Positions 39,190 through 51,439 of a stretch of 64,000 bases of DNA are shown here, in pieces. Source of the DNA: Rhizophagus irregularis (taxonomy: Eukaryota); NCBI RefSeq assembly GCF_026210795.1, contig NC_089436.1:682001-746000 (forward strand), in the 5' to 3' direction. The position numbers were made by a program, and so were the translations under genes. The first letter of the stretch is position 1; each line of letters begins with the position of its first letter. The notes under the pieces are model-generated. The model made no database searches. It was not told where the DNA came from and worked only from the letters and a program-made list of their open reading frames with translations.

Positions 39190-41600
39190 CTTCGCTCCGG
39201 ATAATAAGACTTTCTATAAATTTTCATTTACATCATTTTATTTTAAGTGATTTAAAATAGGTATTATTTATATCGATATTATATATAATCAATGTGTTAA
39301 TATGTAATATAAATATCATTCAGTCTATGAAAATATGCAAGAACTTATTTGGCTTAATTGGAAAATAAAAAGTATGTATATATGAATTATTAAATAAATG
39401 ACTTATTTCAAAATTTTTGATAGTTCATCTTTATATTCCCAAGTTTGTAGAAACTTTTCCAATATATTTATATTTACATAGTATTATACATGCTATTTTT
39501 AAAAAAAAACGTACAATACTACCTGAAGGGGAATTTTATGAATTTCAATGAACCTCGAGTTGAAATTATGACATTGACCAATATAGACATCACGAACATA
39601 TAAATTTCCATTTAAAATAAAATAATGAGAATAATTATAATAAATATAATAAAGTTATAAATGTCATCACGGGTAAATTAATAAATTAATCCGATTGTAT
39701 ATTTTTGCTGGGTTGATTTTACTACGTTATCATATTGATGTGGAAAAGTTTACCACAAAATCCTAACATCCATAATCTTGACAATCTACGACACAAAAAT
39801 CCTGACAGCCGACAGATCAAAATTCCAACAATTATAGAAACCTGGCAGTATAAAATTCTGAGTCTTAAAGTTTTATATTCGGCCATCTGAATCGTTAATA
39901 AAATTACTATCACAAAATATTACAAAATATTTGTAAAAATTTAATGTATTTTTGTATGGCAGGGATCTGAAATGATCGGGGTTTAGTGCCGGGATTATGG
40001 TCCATCGATACGATATTGTGGATCTCATTCATGGGGTTCAGGGGATAAAAAGACCGTGCCAGATATTGTCCTATGTTTCGATTGTTTCGTCCAGATAATA
40101 ATCTTTATATAGACTTTCCCAAATTTTCATTTATTATTTCTATTTTTACTTCATTTTATAATCTTTATATTAGCGTACAAAATCTATTCTTGATTTTCCG
40201 AAAGATTTCGAAAATTTTTTTGGATAAGATACATTAGATTTATTGGGAAATTTTATTAATTTTAGTTTATATTCTGGTATATCTCCGGAACTTTCAATTT
40301 TTTATTTTAATACTATATACCGTATAATCAATGTGTTTATTGTTACATGAATTTATTTAGCTGAATAATAAAAGTATGTATGATATTTTACTGCTATTAT
40401 TTTCATTATTTGCTCTATTTCAAAATATGAAAATACAACTTTTCATGAATTCAATGAACTTACCTCTAGTTGAAATTAGGAATTACAGTATAAGATTCAG
40501 ATATAATATAATGCACATGATATTTTAGACAATTACTATTTATTTGAAAATATTTGAACTGATTTTGTTACGTAATCATATTGATGTGGAAAGTAATCCT
40601 AAAATCCATTATCTTGACAATCTACGACACAAAAATCCAAAATCCAAACAGATCATAATTCAATCATTTTCTCCTTAACCGTCGGGATTCTTGACCGTCA
40701 GAAATGTCAGGATTTAGTGCCCCTGTGGTGTCGAGATTTCATTCACGGGATAAAAAGACCGTATCAGAATAAGCTTTATAAAGACCTTTTATTATTATTT
40801 CTATTTTTACTCCATTTATAAGCTTTATATTAAATTACTGGGAAATTTTATTACAGCTGATTTCATAATGTACGGGACACTTAGCAAATTTTAAAGAACT
40901 CGGAAATATTCGAAATTATACCACCATTCTCAGAATATTACTCCAAAATTAGCGTATGATTTTTATTTTATATATCAAGCTTTACCGAATATTTCCGAGT
41001 TCTTTAAAATTTGTTAATTGTCCCGACCTTTTTGAAATCAGCTGTAAATTCTAGTTTTATATTCTGGTATATCTCCGAAACTCTTTCAATACTATTGTTA
41101 CATGAATTTATTTGGCTGAATAATAATAAAAGTATGTATGTATGATTTATTAGCCTTTATCAAAACTTGATATCTTATCTTTATACCCCCAAGTTTGTAG
41201 GAATATCTTTCGATATAATTATACATACGGATTTATCGGATTTAAAATATTTTACTGCTATTCTTTTCAAAGAATTAAAATTCTTATTTTTTATTATTTT
41301 CATTATTTGCTCTATTTCAAAATATGAAAATACAACTTTTAATGAATTCAATGAACTTACCTCTAGTTGAAATTAGGAATTACAGTACAAGATTCAGATA
41401 TAATATAATGCACATGATATTTTAAAAATAATGTGATGATAATAAAAGATGATAAATTAATTAAATTATGTAATGGTTATCTCACATTCAACTATTACAT
41501 AACATAACGGGTAAATTTTAATAAATTAATCCGAATAACTTAAAAATTAATATTTTTGTTATTAGCCAATTACTTTTTTACTTTTGAAACAAAAAAAAAA
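39190..41600. repeat. Diverged tandem triplication of a ~0.7-0.9 kb non-coding unit
   Basis: Shared blocks: ATCTTGACAATCTACGACACAAAAATCC (~39775, ~40611); GGGATAAAAAGACCGT (~40042, ~40747); ~100 bp near-identical at ~40420-40525 and ~41320-41425; ACGGGTAAATT (~39669, ~41507). Confidence 0.85.
40854..41044. mobile_element. 191-bp Tc1/mariner-type MITE with long TIRs and TA TSD
   Basis: TA-CAGCTGATTTCA...GGGACA...AAATTTTAAAGAACTCGGAAATATTCG and its inverse CGAATATTTCCGAGTTCTTTAAAATTT...TGTCCC...TGAAATCAGCTG-TA; empty site at ~40245-40270. Confidence 0.93.
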
Positions 41601-42024
41601 AAAAATTATTTGGGCTGATTTTACTAGAAATGATTGCGTTATTCTATTCCGAAATATCATCATTTTGGTGTGAAAATCTGAATAATCATTTTTCATTTAA
41701 TCAAAAAAAAAAAATGCCGCAATTTCTCCTTAAATTCCCTTTTATGAATTCCATGATTCAATCAAGTGTTAAAATCATTTTTAAAAGTAAAAAAAATGCT
41801 TTTCTCTCGACTAAAATTTAAAAAAAATTCATTCTTTCATAATATTGTAATACGAATGATCAACAGGCGCCTTAAAATTTAATAATAATGCACGTGAAAT
41901 AATAAAGTATTTTGTGAATCTTGTGATGAAATGGCGTACATCTTTTTTTTTTTATTTAGATACTTTAAAATGCATTATTCATCATAGTATAATTGTTAAA
42001 ATGTTGGCGGAAATGACGAACAAT

Positions 42025-42526
42025 TAAACATGGAGCACGAAACCGAAACCTTCCGAAACCCTTTAGGTTTTCGAAACATGCATTTATTTTCCGAATCCCG
42101 AATCCCGAATCTAATCCGAAACTCCTGAAACTTTTATATACCGAAATATAACCGAAACCTATTAATTAGTTCACAATGTTTATTACATAAAATTATATTA
42201 ATAAAACGAATTAAAGTTACTTGTAACATAGTGCTCTTTGTCTAATTCATCTCCTTGCTCAAAAAATCTCCAAATTGGCTTCCACCAGTACTACTTGCAG
42301 ACTTTGTTTTTTTTTGAATTTTGTAATAAACTATCCGACATTTTATTATTTAAAAAAGAGTAAAAGACTTCTAAATTAAGTCTTAAAAAGTAAAATGATT
42401 ATCAAACATCGATAGTGAGCTTCGGGAATTTAGTTTCGGGTTCGGAATTTGTTTAGGTTTCGATTTGTATATTCCGAAATCCTAAACTTTCGGAAATCCT
42501 CTCGGAAGTTTCGGGCCTCATGTTTA
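42025..42526. mobile_element. ~500-bp non-autonomous DNA element with inverted ends and CCGAA subterminal repeats
   Basis: TAAACATGGAGCACGAAAC ... GTTTCGGGCCTCATGTTTA; many CCGAA on the left and TTCGG on the right; no clear TSD. Confidence 0.7.
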
Positions 42527-43003
42527 CAGTGAAACAATTCAAACAATCAATTCAAACAATATTATTTTTTTTTCTTTTCAAGATATGACGAAATATTTAT
42601 TTAGAAAAAAAAATGTGGGAATTAAAATGTTATTTATTTAATAAAGTTAATAAAAGTGTGACTTTTATGTTAAAAATAATTATTAAATAACCTGCAAATT
42701 AAAGTTTCCCATAATTGTAGCTTTAGCCAATAGCAAAAAATGCGGGATTTTTTTTTTTATTAAATTACTGTAATCAGTAATTTCAAATTTCGGAAGTAAA
42801 TCAATTTTTCCTAAGATAGTAAGTCAGTAATCGGCAAAAATCCCTCATATCAATATCGTGAGATCATATAATATTTCCCAAAAATGATTGATTTAAAAGA
42901 ACTGTAAGAATAAGTATAAATAGAAATTAAAAATGATCTCCTCTTATTTTTTATCAGTGAACTTCTTATATCTTCTCATTATAAAAAAAAAATCTTGAAA
43001 AAA

Positions 43004-46000
43004 ATGGACGAGAAAATATCAAAGGCAAACTTCTCTTTGTCAGGTTTAACTTGTGCAAGTTGTGTCCTTTCTACTGAAAACACATTAAAAAAACTTTCAG
43101 GTTTAAATCCCACTACAATTAACGTCAATTTATTAACGAGTAATGCTATTTTTGAATTCGATGAAAATGTAATAAAACCCGAACAAATTAAACAAGCTAT
43201 AATTAACTCAGGTTTTAACGTCGAAAATATTAAAATTGAAAAAAAGTACATTGATCCTTCCAATCCGAGAAAAGCCCTTAATGAGGAACTCAATATTTCA
43301 TCTCAAGAAGGCGAAACTTCATTCCATGATACAATTACAAAATTAGCTGTTAGTGGTATGACTTGTGCTTCCTGTGTAAGCTCAGTTCAATACTCTCTAG
43401 AATCGGTACCAGGCGTAGAATACGCTCATGTTAATTTACTTACTGGTGAAGCAAGTATAAAACACGATTTAAATAAGATTGGTCCACGTGATCTTATAAA
43501 AATTATTGAAGAAAGTGGTTTTGGTGCTGAACTTATTAAGAGGGATAGATCTGATAATAATGGAAATTCAATTCGACGTCGTGCTGAAAAATATCAAAAA
43601 CTTCTTCGTAACAGATTTTTGGCCTCATTATGTTTCTCTATCCCAACAGCTTTAATTTCAATGGTATTCATGATGATATATCATAATCCTGTAATTTCAC
43701 ATCAGATCATCCCCGGTTTGGAAGTCGGAACCATAATTTTGTTCGCTCTTGCTACTCCTGTTCAATTTGTACTTGGTTATCCTTTTTATTTAAAAGGTAT
43801 TCGTTCAGTATGGTATTCTCGTCAAGCAAATATGGATACTTTGGTAGCGATTGGAACCACTGTTGCATATTGTGGCTCAATTTTAAATGTTTTGATCCCA
43901 ATTCTTCGAAAATCTGAAGAACCTGGTTATCAATTCTTTGAAACTAGCGTCTTTCTTATCACTTTTATTTGGCTTGGAAGATGGATGGAAGCTAAAGTGA
44001 AGGGTAAAACTTTTGAAACGATAACTAAACTTATGGAATTACAACCGGAAAAAGCTATTCTTATCACTCTTGGTTATGATGAAAACAAACAAGAAGTTAT
44101 TGACGAAAAAGAAATTGATATGGATCTCGTTCAAGGTAAAATTGTCAAAAGAATATTTTTTTTTTTATATTATATATTATATCTATTTTTTTGGATTACT
44201 TATTTCTTTCATTTTTTAAAATCAATTTAGTTAATGATATTCTTAAAGTGAACCCTGGAGCAAAAATCCCATGCGATGGTTAGTATATATAAGTAATAAT
44301 TCATATCGTTCTTTATAACAAACAGGTTAAAACTTTTACATATTAATATTTTAGGCAAGATATTCCGAGGTACCACATCTTTGGACGAATCAATGTTAAC
44401 AGGCGAATCTATACCCGTGACGAAAGGAGTTGATGACGAAGTTATATCCGCAACAGTAAATTTGTCATCAATGATTTGGATAAAAGCGACACGTGTTGGT
44501 TCTGATACAACACTTTCACGTATTATTGAACTAGTACAAACGGCTCAATCAAGTAAAAAGGCACCAATTGAAGCATTAGCTGATAAAATTGCACAAGTAT
44601 TTGTTCCGGTCGTTATATCAATAGCAATTCTTGATTTCATTATATGGGTATCTCTTGGTGCTGCCGGTAAGATTCCAAATGATTGGATACCCAATAATGA
44701 ACCATATCAAACATTTTCTTTATTCTTTGCTATATCTGTAATGGTTATTGCATGTCCTTGTGCCATGGGTTTAGCCTCTCCCACTGCTATTATGGTTGGA
44801 ACTGGTCTTGCAGCTCGATTTGGTATTTTGATAAAAGGTGGTGGTGAAGCTATTGAAACAACTTTTCGACTTGATACTATCGCATTTGACAAAACTGGAA
44901 CATTGACCTATGGAAAACCAAAAGTCGTTTGTTCAAAATTTCTTGGAAAAGAATCACAAGATGTAAGTAAAGTTCGTGATTTATATCTTCAAATCATTGG
45001 AACTGTTGAATCTTCAAGTGATCATCCATTGGCCAAAGCTGTCGCTCAGTTTGCTTCCTCGAAAATTAAATTTTCAAATAATGTCATATTGAAAAGTGTG
45101 ACCGAATTTCCTGGAAAAGGGCTTCGAGCTGAAGTGGAAATTAATGATCCTCTTGCATGTGAATTATTACCTACCAAAAATCCTGGTTCAACATTTAATG
45201 TATTTATTGGTAATGAAAGGTGGCTTAAAAAGAATAGATGCGTTTATCCTTCTCTTAGTGAAAACATAATATCTTCAAATGTTGCAAAATGGAAAAACTC
45301 CGGTTATTCAATAGTTCTTGTTGGATTATCATTTTTTGAATCATCCAATGGTTATATTCTTGCGCAAATGGGAATTGCTGACACTCCAAGACCAGATGCT
45401 GCCAAAACCGTTTCCGAATTAATTGCTCGTGGAATTGAAGTTTGGATGATTACAGGAGATAATCCTATAACGGCTAAGGCTATTGCTAAAAAACTTGGAA
45501 TCGAGAATGTTCTAGCCGAAGTAACACCTGAAATGAAAGCAGAGAAAATTAAATGGTTACAACGCAAAGGACGCCCATTAAAAAAATCAAATATATTTAC
45601 TACATTTTTTACTCCCAAATTTGATATTGAAATAACGAGAAGAGCTGTAGTTGCAATGATTGGTGATGGTATTAATGATTCACCTGCTCTCGCACAATCA
45701 GATTTACCAATATCAGTAGCAAGTGCTACAGATGTCGCTATAGAATCGGCTTCTATTATTTTGACAAGATCAACTTTAAGTTCTTTAATTACGTTAATAG
45801 CACTTTCTAAAGCTATAATATGGAGGATCAGATATAATTTCTTATGGGCTTATATTTACAATTCTTTAGCGATACCTATTGCAGCCGGTGTTTTCTTTCC
45901 TGCATTTAAATATAGTCTTAGACCTGAACTTGCTAGTTTATCAATGGCAGTTAGTTCTATTAGTGTAGTATTAAGTAGTTTATGGTTGAAAAGATTTAAA

Positions 46001-46015
46001 GAACCTAAAAAATAA
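43004..46015 (+). CDS. CRD: P1B-type copper-transporting ATPase, 946 aa, 3 exons (CRD/CCC2/ATP7 family)
   Basis: Two HMA domains (LTCASC, MTCASC), TGES, CPC, DKTGT, SDHP, TGDN, GDGIND, YN and MxxSS motifs; introns 44136-44230 and 44279-44354. Family call is firm. The symbol rests on my recollection of Rhizophagus RiCRD (similar length, two introns) and needs an alignment against CCC2 paralogues. Confidence 0.93.
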
Positions 46016-46406
46016 AATTTAATTTAGTAATACTGTACAATAGAATGTAGAATATAGAAATAACAAATAAAATCATGATTGTTACATATCGTATTATATA
46101 AGAAGCAATTACGTTATGAAAAAAAAAATTTATTTTTTTTAGTCGAATATTATATAATATTGCTTTCTAACATGGTTTAAACATTATATAAACGGTGACA
46201 TCAAAAAGATGAAAAAGAATTTAACGATCTCATTTTGATTTTATAATAGTGATAGTAATGGCCTATTCCGCCTATATAGTTCGGAATAGATAATATTTAA
46301 TTGTTTATAAGACTTTTTCACATTAAATTAGTGTGAGAAAGGAAAGATACAATTAAATATAAAGGTCATCAGAATTCAGAAAACTTTTTTCAAAACGTAA
46401 CTAACC

Positions 46407-46715
46407 ATGCAGGCTATTAGGCTTTTTTGTCTTGTTAAAGGAGAAGGAACTATGCGCGCCTTCGCAATAAAAATTAATAAGAATGAGACCATTAGTGATC
46501 TCAAAAAGAAAATCAGGTTAGATCAACCACGAGCTTTTGCCAAAACTGATAGCAAAGATCTTAAATTATGGATGGTAAATGTTCGCGACGATGGGCAAGA
46601 TGAGATCAGATACAATGTAGAGCTAATGCCGACACGAGAAATTGAAGAATATTGGGCCCAAACACCGGAAAAAAACCGCATTCACGTTGTAGTTGAACGA
46701 TTGACTCGAAGATAA
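46407..46715 (+). CDS. Stand-alone Crinkler (CRN) N-terminal ubiquitin-like domain protein, 102 aa
   Basis: IRLFCLVKG...AFAIKI...TISDLKKKI...LKLW...IHVVVE, the fungal CRN N-terminal pattern, followed by a stop five codons later. Confidence 0.85.
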   Translation: MQAIRLFCLVKGEGTMRAFAIKINKNETISDLKKKIRLDQPRAFAKTDSKDLKLWMVNVRDDGQDEIRYNVELMPTREIEEYWAQTPEKNRIHVVVERLTRR

Positions 46716-47122
46716 ATCAAGGGTAGATATTATAAACTAGTTGTATTTGTGATTTAGATCACTATATTGAAGATATTTAGGGTTTCACTTTTCATTAACA
46801 TTAGTTGCCAGTTAATACGATTAATACGAGAAACAAGATTAAATGCTGCGCTTGCACAACAAGATTCATAAAACTCTTATTGGATTATTTACTTTAACTA
46901 TGTCTTCGTTTAAATTTTAAATTTTTCAAATAGTTAATAAGACTTATATTCAAATACCATAATTAAAAAAATCGTAAGAAATATGAATAATTATTTCAAA
47001 TTGAAAAATTGTGAAAATCAATCAAGATTATTTAAGGGTACAAATGTCCAAGATTGTCGATCTATGTTTGATAATACTAATGATTTTATTTACAAGAATG
47101 ATTATTCCATCAATACGGTAAA

Positions 47123-48237
47123 TTAATCTTTACCCTTTCCTGTGTCAATGTCATATATTTGCTTTAAAAATTGTCTAACTCTCTCAAGACTATCAAAATA
47201 ATTTCCATACATTGCAGCTAAAGATGCAATTCCATAGATTTGATTACTCTGAATTAATAATATCAAATATATATATATATATATTTTTAGTTGTTATCAC
47301 TTTTATAGAACAATATAACTTACAATACAATTTAAAATACATACAATCTTATCATCTGTGATAGAATGATTTTTTATCCATAAAGTGCTCTCAATATCAT
47401 TAGGTAATGATGCAATACTTTTTGTAATACCTGGGAATAATTCTGAAAAAGCTCTATATTATATAAAAAGTATTTATTTAGAATTTAATATTTTTTAATT
47501 AATGAATTAATGAAAAACATCTAATTTTAAAATATATGCCTGTGATATTCCGGTTCGATATTAATATGTTCTCCAACAAAAGGATCTTTAATTCTCATTA
47601 TCAAAGATTGTTTATCCGATAATATAGATTCTATATGATTATTGAAATCTGATAATACTTTAATCTTTTTTTCTAAAACAATGAAAAAAATTGAAAAAAA
47701 TCATTAAAAAAGATTTATTATATATATAATAAATAATAATAATTAAAAGACTCTTAATATAATAAATTAATAATATTATTATTATATTAAAAACAAACCG
47801 ATTTCAATTTTTTTAACTAAATCGAAACTTTGTTTAGAATCTTTAAATTTTGTAAGAACTTCTCGAATCTTGAAAAATAATAATAATAAAGTTGATGATT
47901 AAAAAATATTATTATTTTTATAAACTTTATTATTTTAATTTATAATTCATTCTTACTTGTTGTACATTATCACAAAGATCAAGTATTTCTCTTATCAAAT
48001 CAATTAATTGTATTGATGATGCCGTTTGTGAAGAAGGAAATGTAACTGGCCCCTATTTAATAATAAAAATTATTTATTTATTTTTTTAAAAAAAAATAAA
48101 TAAAAAATTAAAAAAATTTATTAGTTTACAATCTTATATTCGATTTTGTTGGCAATCTCCAAAACATTATTAAGTGATGGTGAATTATCTGAATTATCTT
48201 GTGTATTACTTGAATTATATCGCGTTGATGATGACAT
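47123..48237 (-). CDS. HAUS2: HAUS augmin-like complex subunit 2-like protein, 6 exons, one GC-AG intron; absent from ORF track
   Basis: ATG at 48237; spliced product includes KIKVLSDFNNHIESILSDKQSLIMRIKDPFVGEHINIEPEYHR/AFSELF, resembling the HAUS2/AUG2 conserved block; ends ...DTGKGKD* at 47123. Family assignment is by recognition. Confidence 0.72.
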
Positions 48238-48509
48238 TTTTGCAAATTGATAAATGAACGAAAGGAAGGTGAGTACAAAGTTTTTGCGCGTTAAAATCAT
48301 TAAAATACCATCACCAATTTAATTCACGTGGTATTCGGGGATGAATAACCATGCGACAAATAAATTTCATCACAGTTACCTTAACGGAACATGGGAATGG
48401 GTTACCATACAGTCCATACTGTTACCTTATCATATTACATAATTTTGATCATAAATTTTTTTTCGAGATTAAAAAAAAATTTCTTTTTTTTCGGACCGAA
48501 AAAAAAAAA
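48238..48509. promoter_or_regulatory. Short bidirectional promoter between the HAUS2-like gene and PEX3
   Basis: 272 bp between divergent ATGs; contains TTTTGCGCGT (~48282-48291) and CACGTG (48325). Confidence 0.55.
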
Positions 48510-50465
48510 ATGATTTCGGCTACTAAAAGATTTCTTAAAAAACATCAGAGAAAATTTTTTGTCACTTTGGGTATTACAGGTGGAATATATTTTATTGGAA
48601 AATGGGTAACGTGGAAAATATCTGAAATGCAAGAAAGAGCTGCTTCGGAACGAACTGCTAGAGAAAAGTCTGTAATTTACTTACATTAATCTTATTTATT
48701 TCGAGAAACTTTTTTTTTTTTTATTGATATCATAAATTTTCTCATTTTTCTTTTTAGCATGAAGAAAAGATTTCATCAAAGACAAATTGATTGTACTTAC
48801 ATAGTATTATCACATATTCAAGCATTAATACAGCAATTAACGGACGATTTAGATGTAGAATCAATTTTTGCAAATTTACAAAAAGCAAAACAAAACAATA
48901 AGGGGATAAGTAGTGATGCGACTACAAATATGGCGTCATCAAATTCAGAGTCACCGAATACAACAGTTAATGACAATGCTACGGCATCAATTGGTTCCAT
49001 CGGTTCCATTGGTTCTACGTCAGTTGTTCTTGTTAATAACGATAATAATGAATCTACAACATCAACGCCTTCATCATCAGTTGTTTTAGTTGGTCGGTCA
49101 AATGAAAGTGACAATGAAATGGCAAAAGTTACAGAAACCACCACGCATAGTCAAGGAGAAAATAATAATGGAAGTAATTCTGGTAACATGAGTCAAGAAA
49201 CTGAAGTAAATTCTCCAATTAGTCCTATTAATAATTCTGAAGAAGCCAGCAAAATATCAAAGCAAAAACGAATTGAATTATGGAACGAAATAAAATTCAA
49301 AAGTAAGTAAAATGAGCACATTCCAACATTCTACACATTCTTATCAATATTTAATGAATTAATCTTTTTTGTATTTTAGGTTTCACAAGAACCATTGCAG
49401 CTGTGTATCTTGAAACACTTCTTACGTTAACCATTTTCATTCAATTAAATCTTTTGGGAAGATATAATTATCTTTATTCTGTTTCTCTTACAGAACGTGA
49501 TAGAGAACAATCGATTACAGTTCATAATGGATCACTATTGAGTCCTGTAACAGAGAAAAAATATTTGGCTTTTATTGCATGGTTTTTGAATGTGGGATAT
49601 AAAGAGATTGTTACAAGAGTTAGTGCAGCTGTTGAATCTTCTTTATCAAGGTAAAATGATCACGCATATATTATTTATATGTTATAAAAAAATAATTTTA
49701 ATTTGTATTTTTATTAGCATGTCACTCAAAACCGAACTTTCATATGAAGAATATGCATGGCTTATATCTGAAATTAGATCAAAGATTGAAGGAAATGATA
49801 ATGATGGTCCTGCTCATAAGTACTTAATATTTAAATTTTCTTTCGCTCACGATCTCACTCTATGTTTCCTAACCTTGAAAATATAAATTTTTAGATTTTT
49901 TAATGTAATGATGCCTGAAAATTTATCAGATGAAATACGAATATTGGATGAATGTGGGATAGATAATTTAGATTCTACTATTGATTCAAGTTTGAGAAAG
50001 TTATTGGACGAAACTAAAGATTTTATACATAGGTATCTGAAAAAACTTGATTATACTTTGAAAGTAACTTTACAGATATTAACGTAAAAAAATTTTTTCA
50101 CATAAAGTCGGGATTTAGCTACAGTTCTTTCGGCGTGTCTTAAATCAGCTTTTGATTTACTAAATCAGGACATGTCTTCAAATTTTAGTTCTGAAGATGC
50201 AATAAGTGGAGAAAAAGTTGAAAAGAATATAACACTTGCAAAATTGTTACCATCCATTACTAAAGAAGCTCACGCTGTCCTTAATTGTGCACCAGCAAGA
50301 TTTCTTGAGGTTTGTAAATTACTTGTATGTTACTTAATAAAACTTACAGGTTAATAATGTAATTATTTATTATAGGCGATTAAAGAATGTAAAGAATTGC
50401 AAGCACTCTCTGCAATTATTTACGCCTCATTCGACAATGAATCGGAAATAAATTTACAAAATTAA
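48510..50465 (+). CDS. PEX3: Peroxin-3, multi-exon
   Basis: Basic N-terminus plus TM (RFLKKHQRKFFVTLGITGGIYFIG); AREN/MKKRFHQRQIDC; ELWNEIK; FTRTIAAVY...IQLNLLGR; LLDETKDFI; LAKLLP; LSAIIYASF. Confidence 0.93.
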
Positions 50466-50663
50466 GTAAATAGATATTTAATTATTTATAATACATGTAT
50501 AATATTGACAATTATAGTCGTATGTAATAGAAGTTTTTCAAATATACATAATGTTTATTTGTTAATAAAATATTAACAAAAAAAAAAAAAAAAAGGAAAA
50601 ATATAATTTACTTTAAAAATACAATTTCAAGATACTAAAGTATTATAAATTACTTTAAATTAT

Positions 50664-51406
50664 TTAACTAATTTGAAATACTTCATAGTCATCAATATAA
50701 AAAGTACCATGAATATCTCTAATCCTATTCTCATAATATTCCGCTTTAGTATAACCAGTTCTTTTATTCAAAATACCACCAATTCTTAAATCACTACCAC
50801 CACCAAATGAAATGAAACCAGTTTTTGAATTAAATACAGTTTTATCAATTAGTTCTCGTTTTAACCTACTCAATCTTGGTATAAGTGGAGGAGAGTTATT
50901 ATTAGAACATGTAGAAGAAGAATTATTATCACGAAAAGAAAATATAAAACTATTAATTGAATCAGGATGAGATTTATTTGAATTATTCCAACCAACTGGA
51001 TTAAAACCACCTACCAATTCATTTGTACCAGAAATTTTTGCTATGATCATTATATTTAATTTATTATCTAATATTCTATGTAAATTATATAGATCAAAAG
51101 AATCTCTTGACGCTCTATATAATAACGTAAATTTATAAGGTGGTTTAAGTAGAGAAGATGGATGACCATTGGTTGGAATTGCATATGAAGTTGTTAAAAA
51201 AGTGGTGGTAGTAGGAGTTAAAGTGAATTGGGAAATAATAGAAGAAGAAGAACAATGAGAAGATAATGGAGAGATATTATTATCCTTATGATCTAACCAA
51301 TTAGTTATTACTTTTATATGATAATTTGTTATAATTTCAGAATTTAATCTACGCCTAGGGGGTTTTAAAGTAATAATTTTCTTTGGAAAATTATTATTAC
51401 TAATTA

Positions 51407-51439
<33 letters not shown>

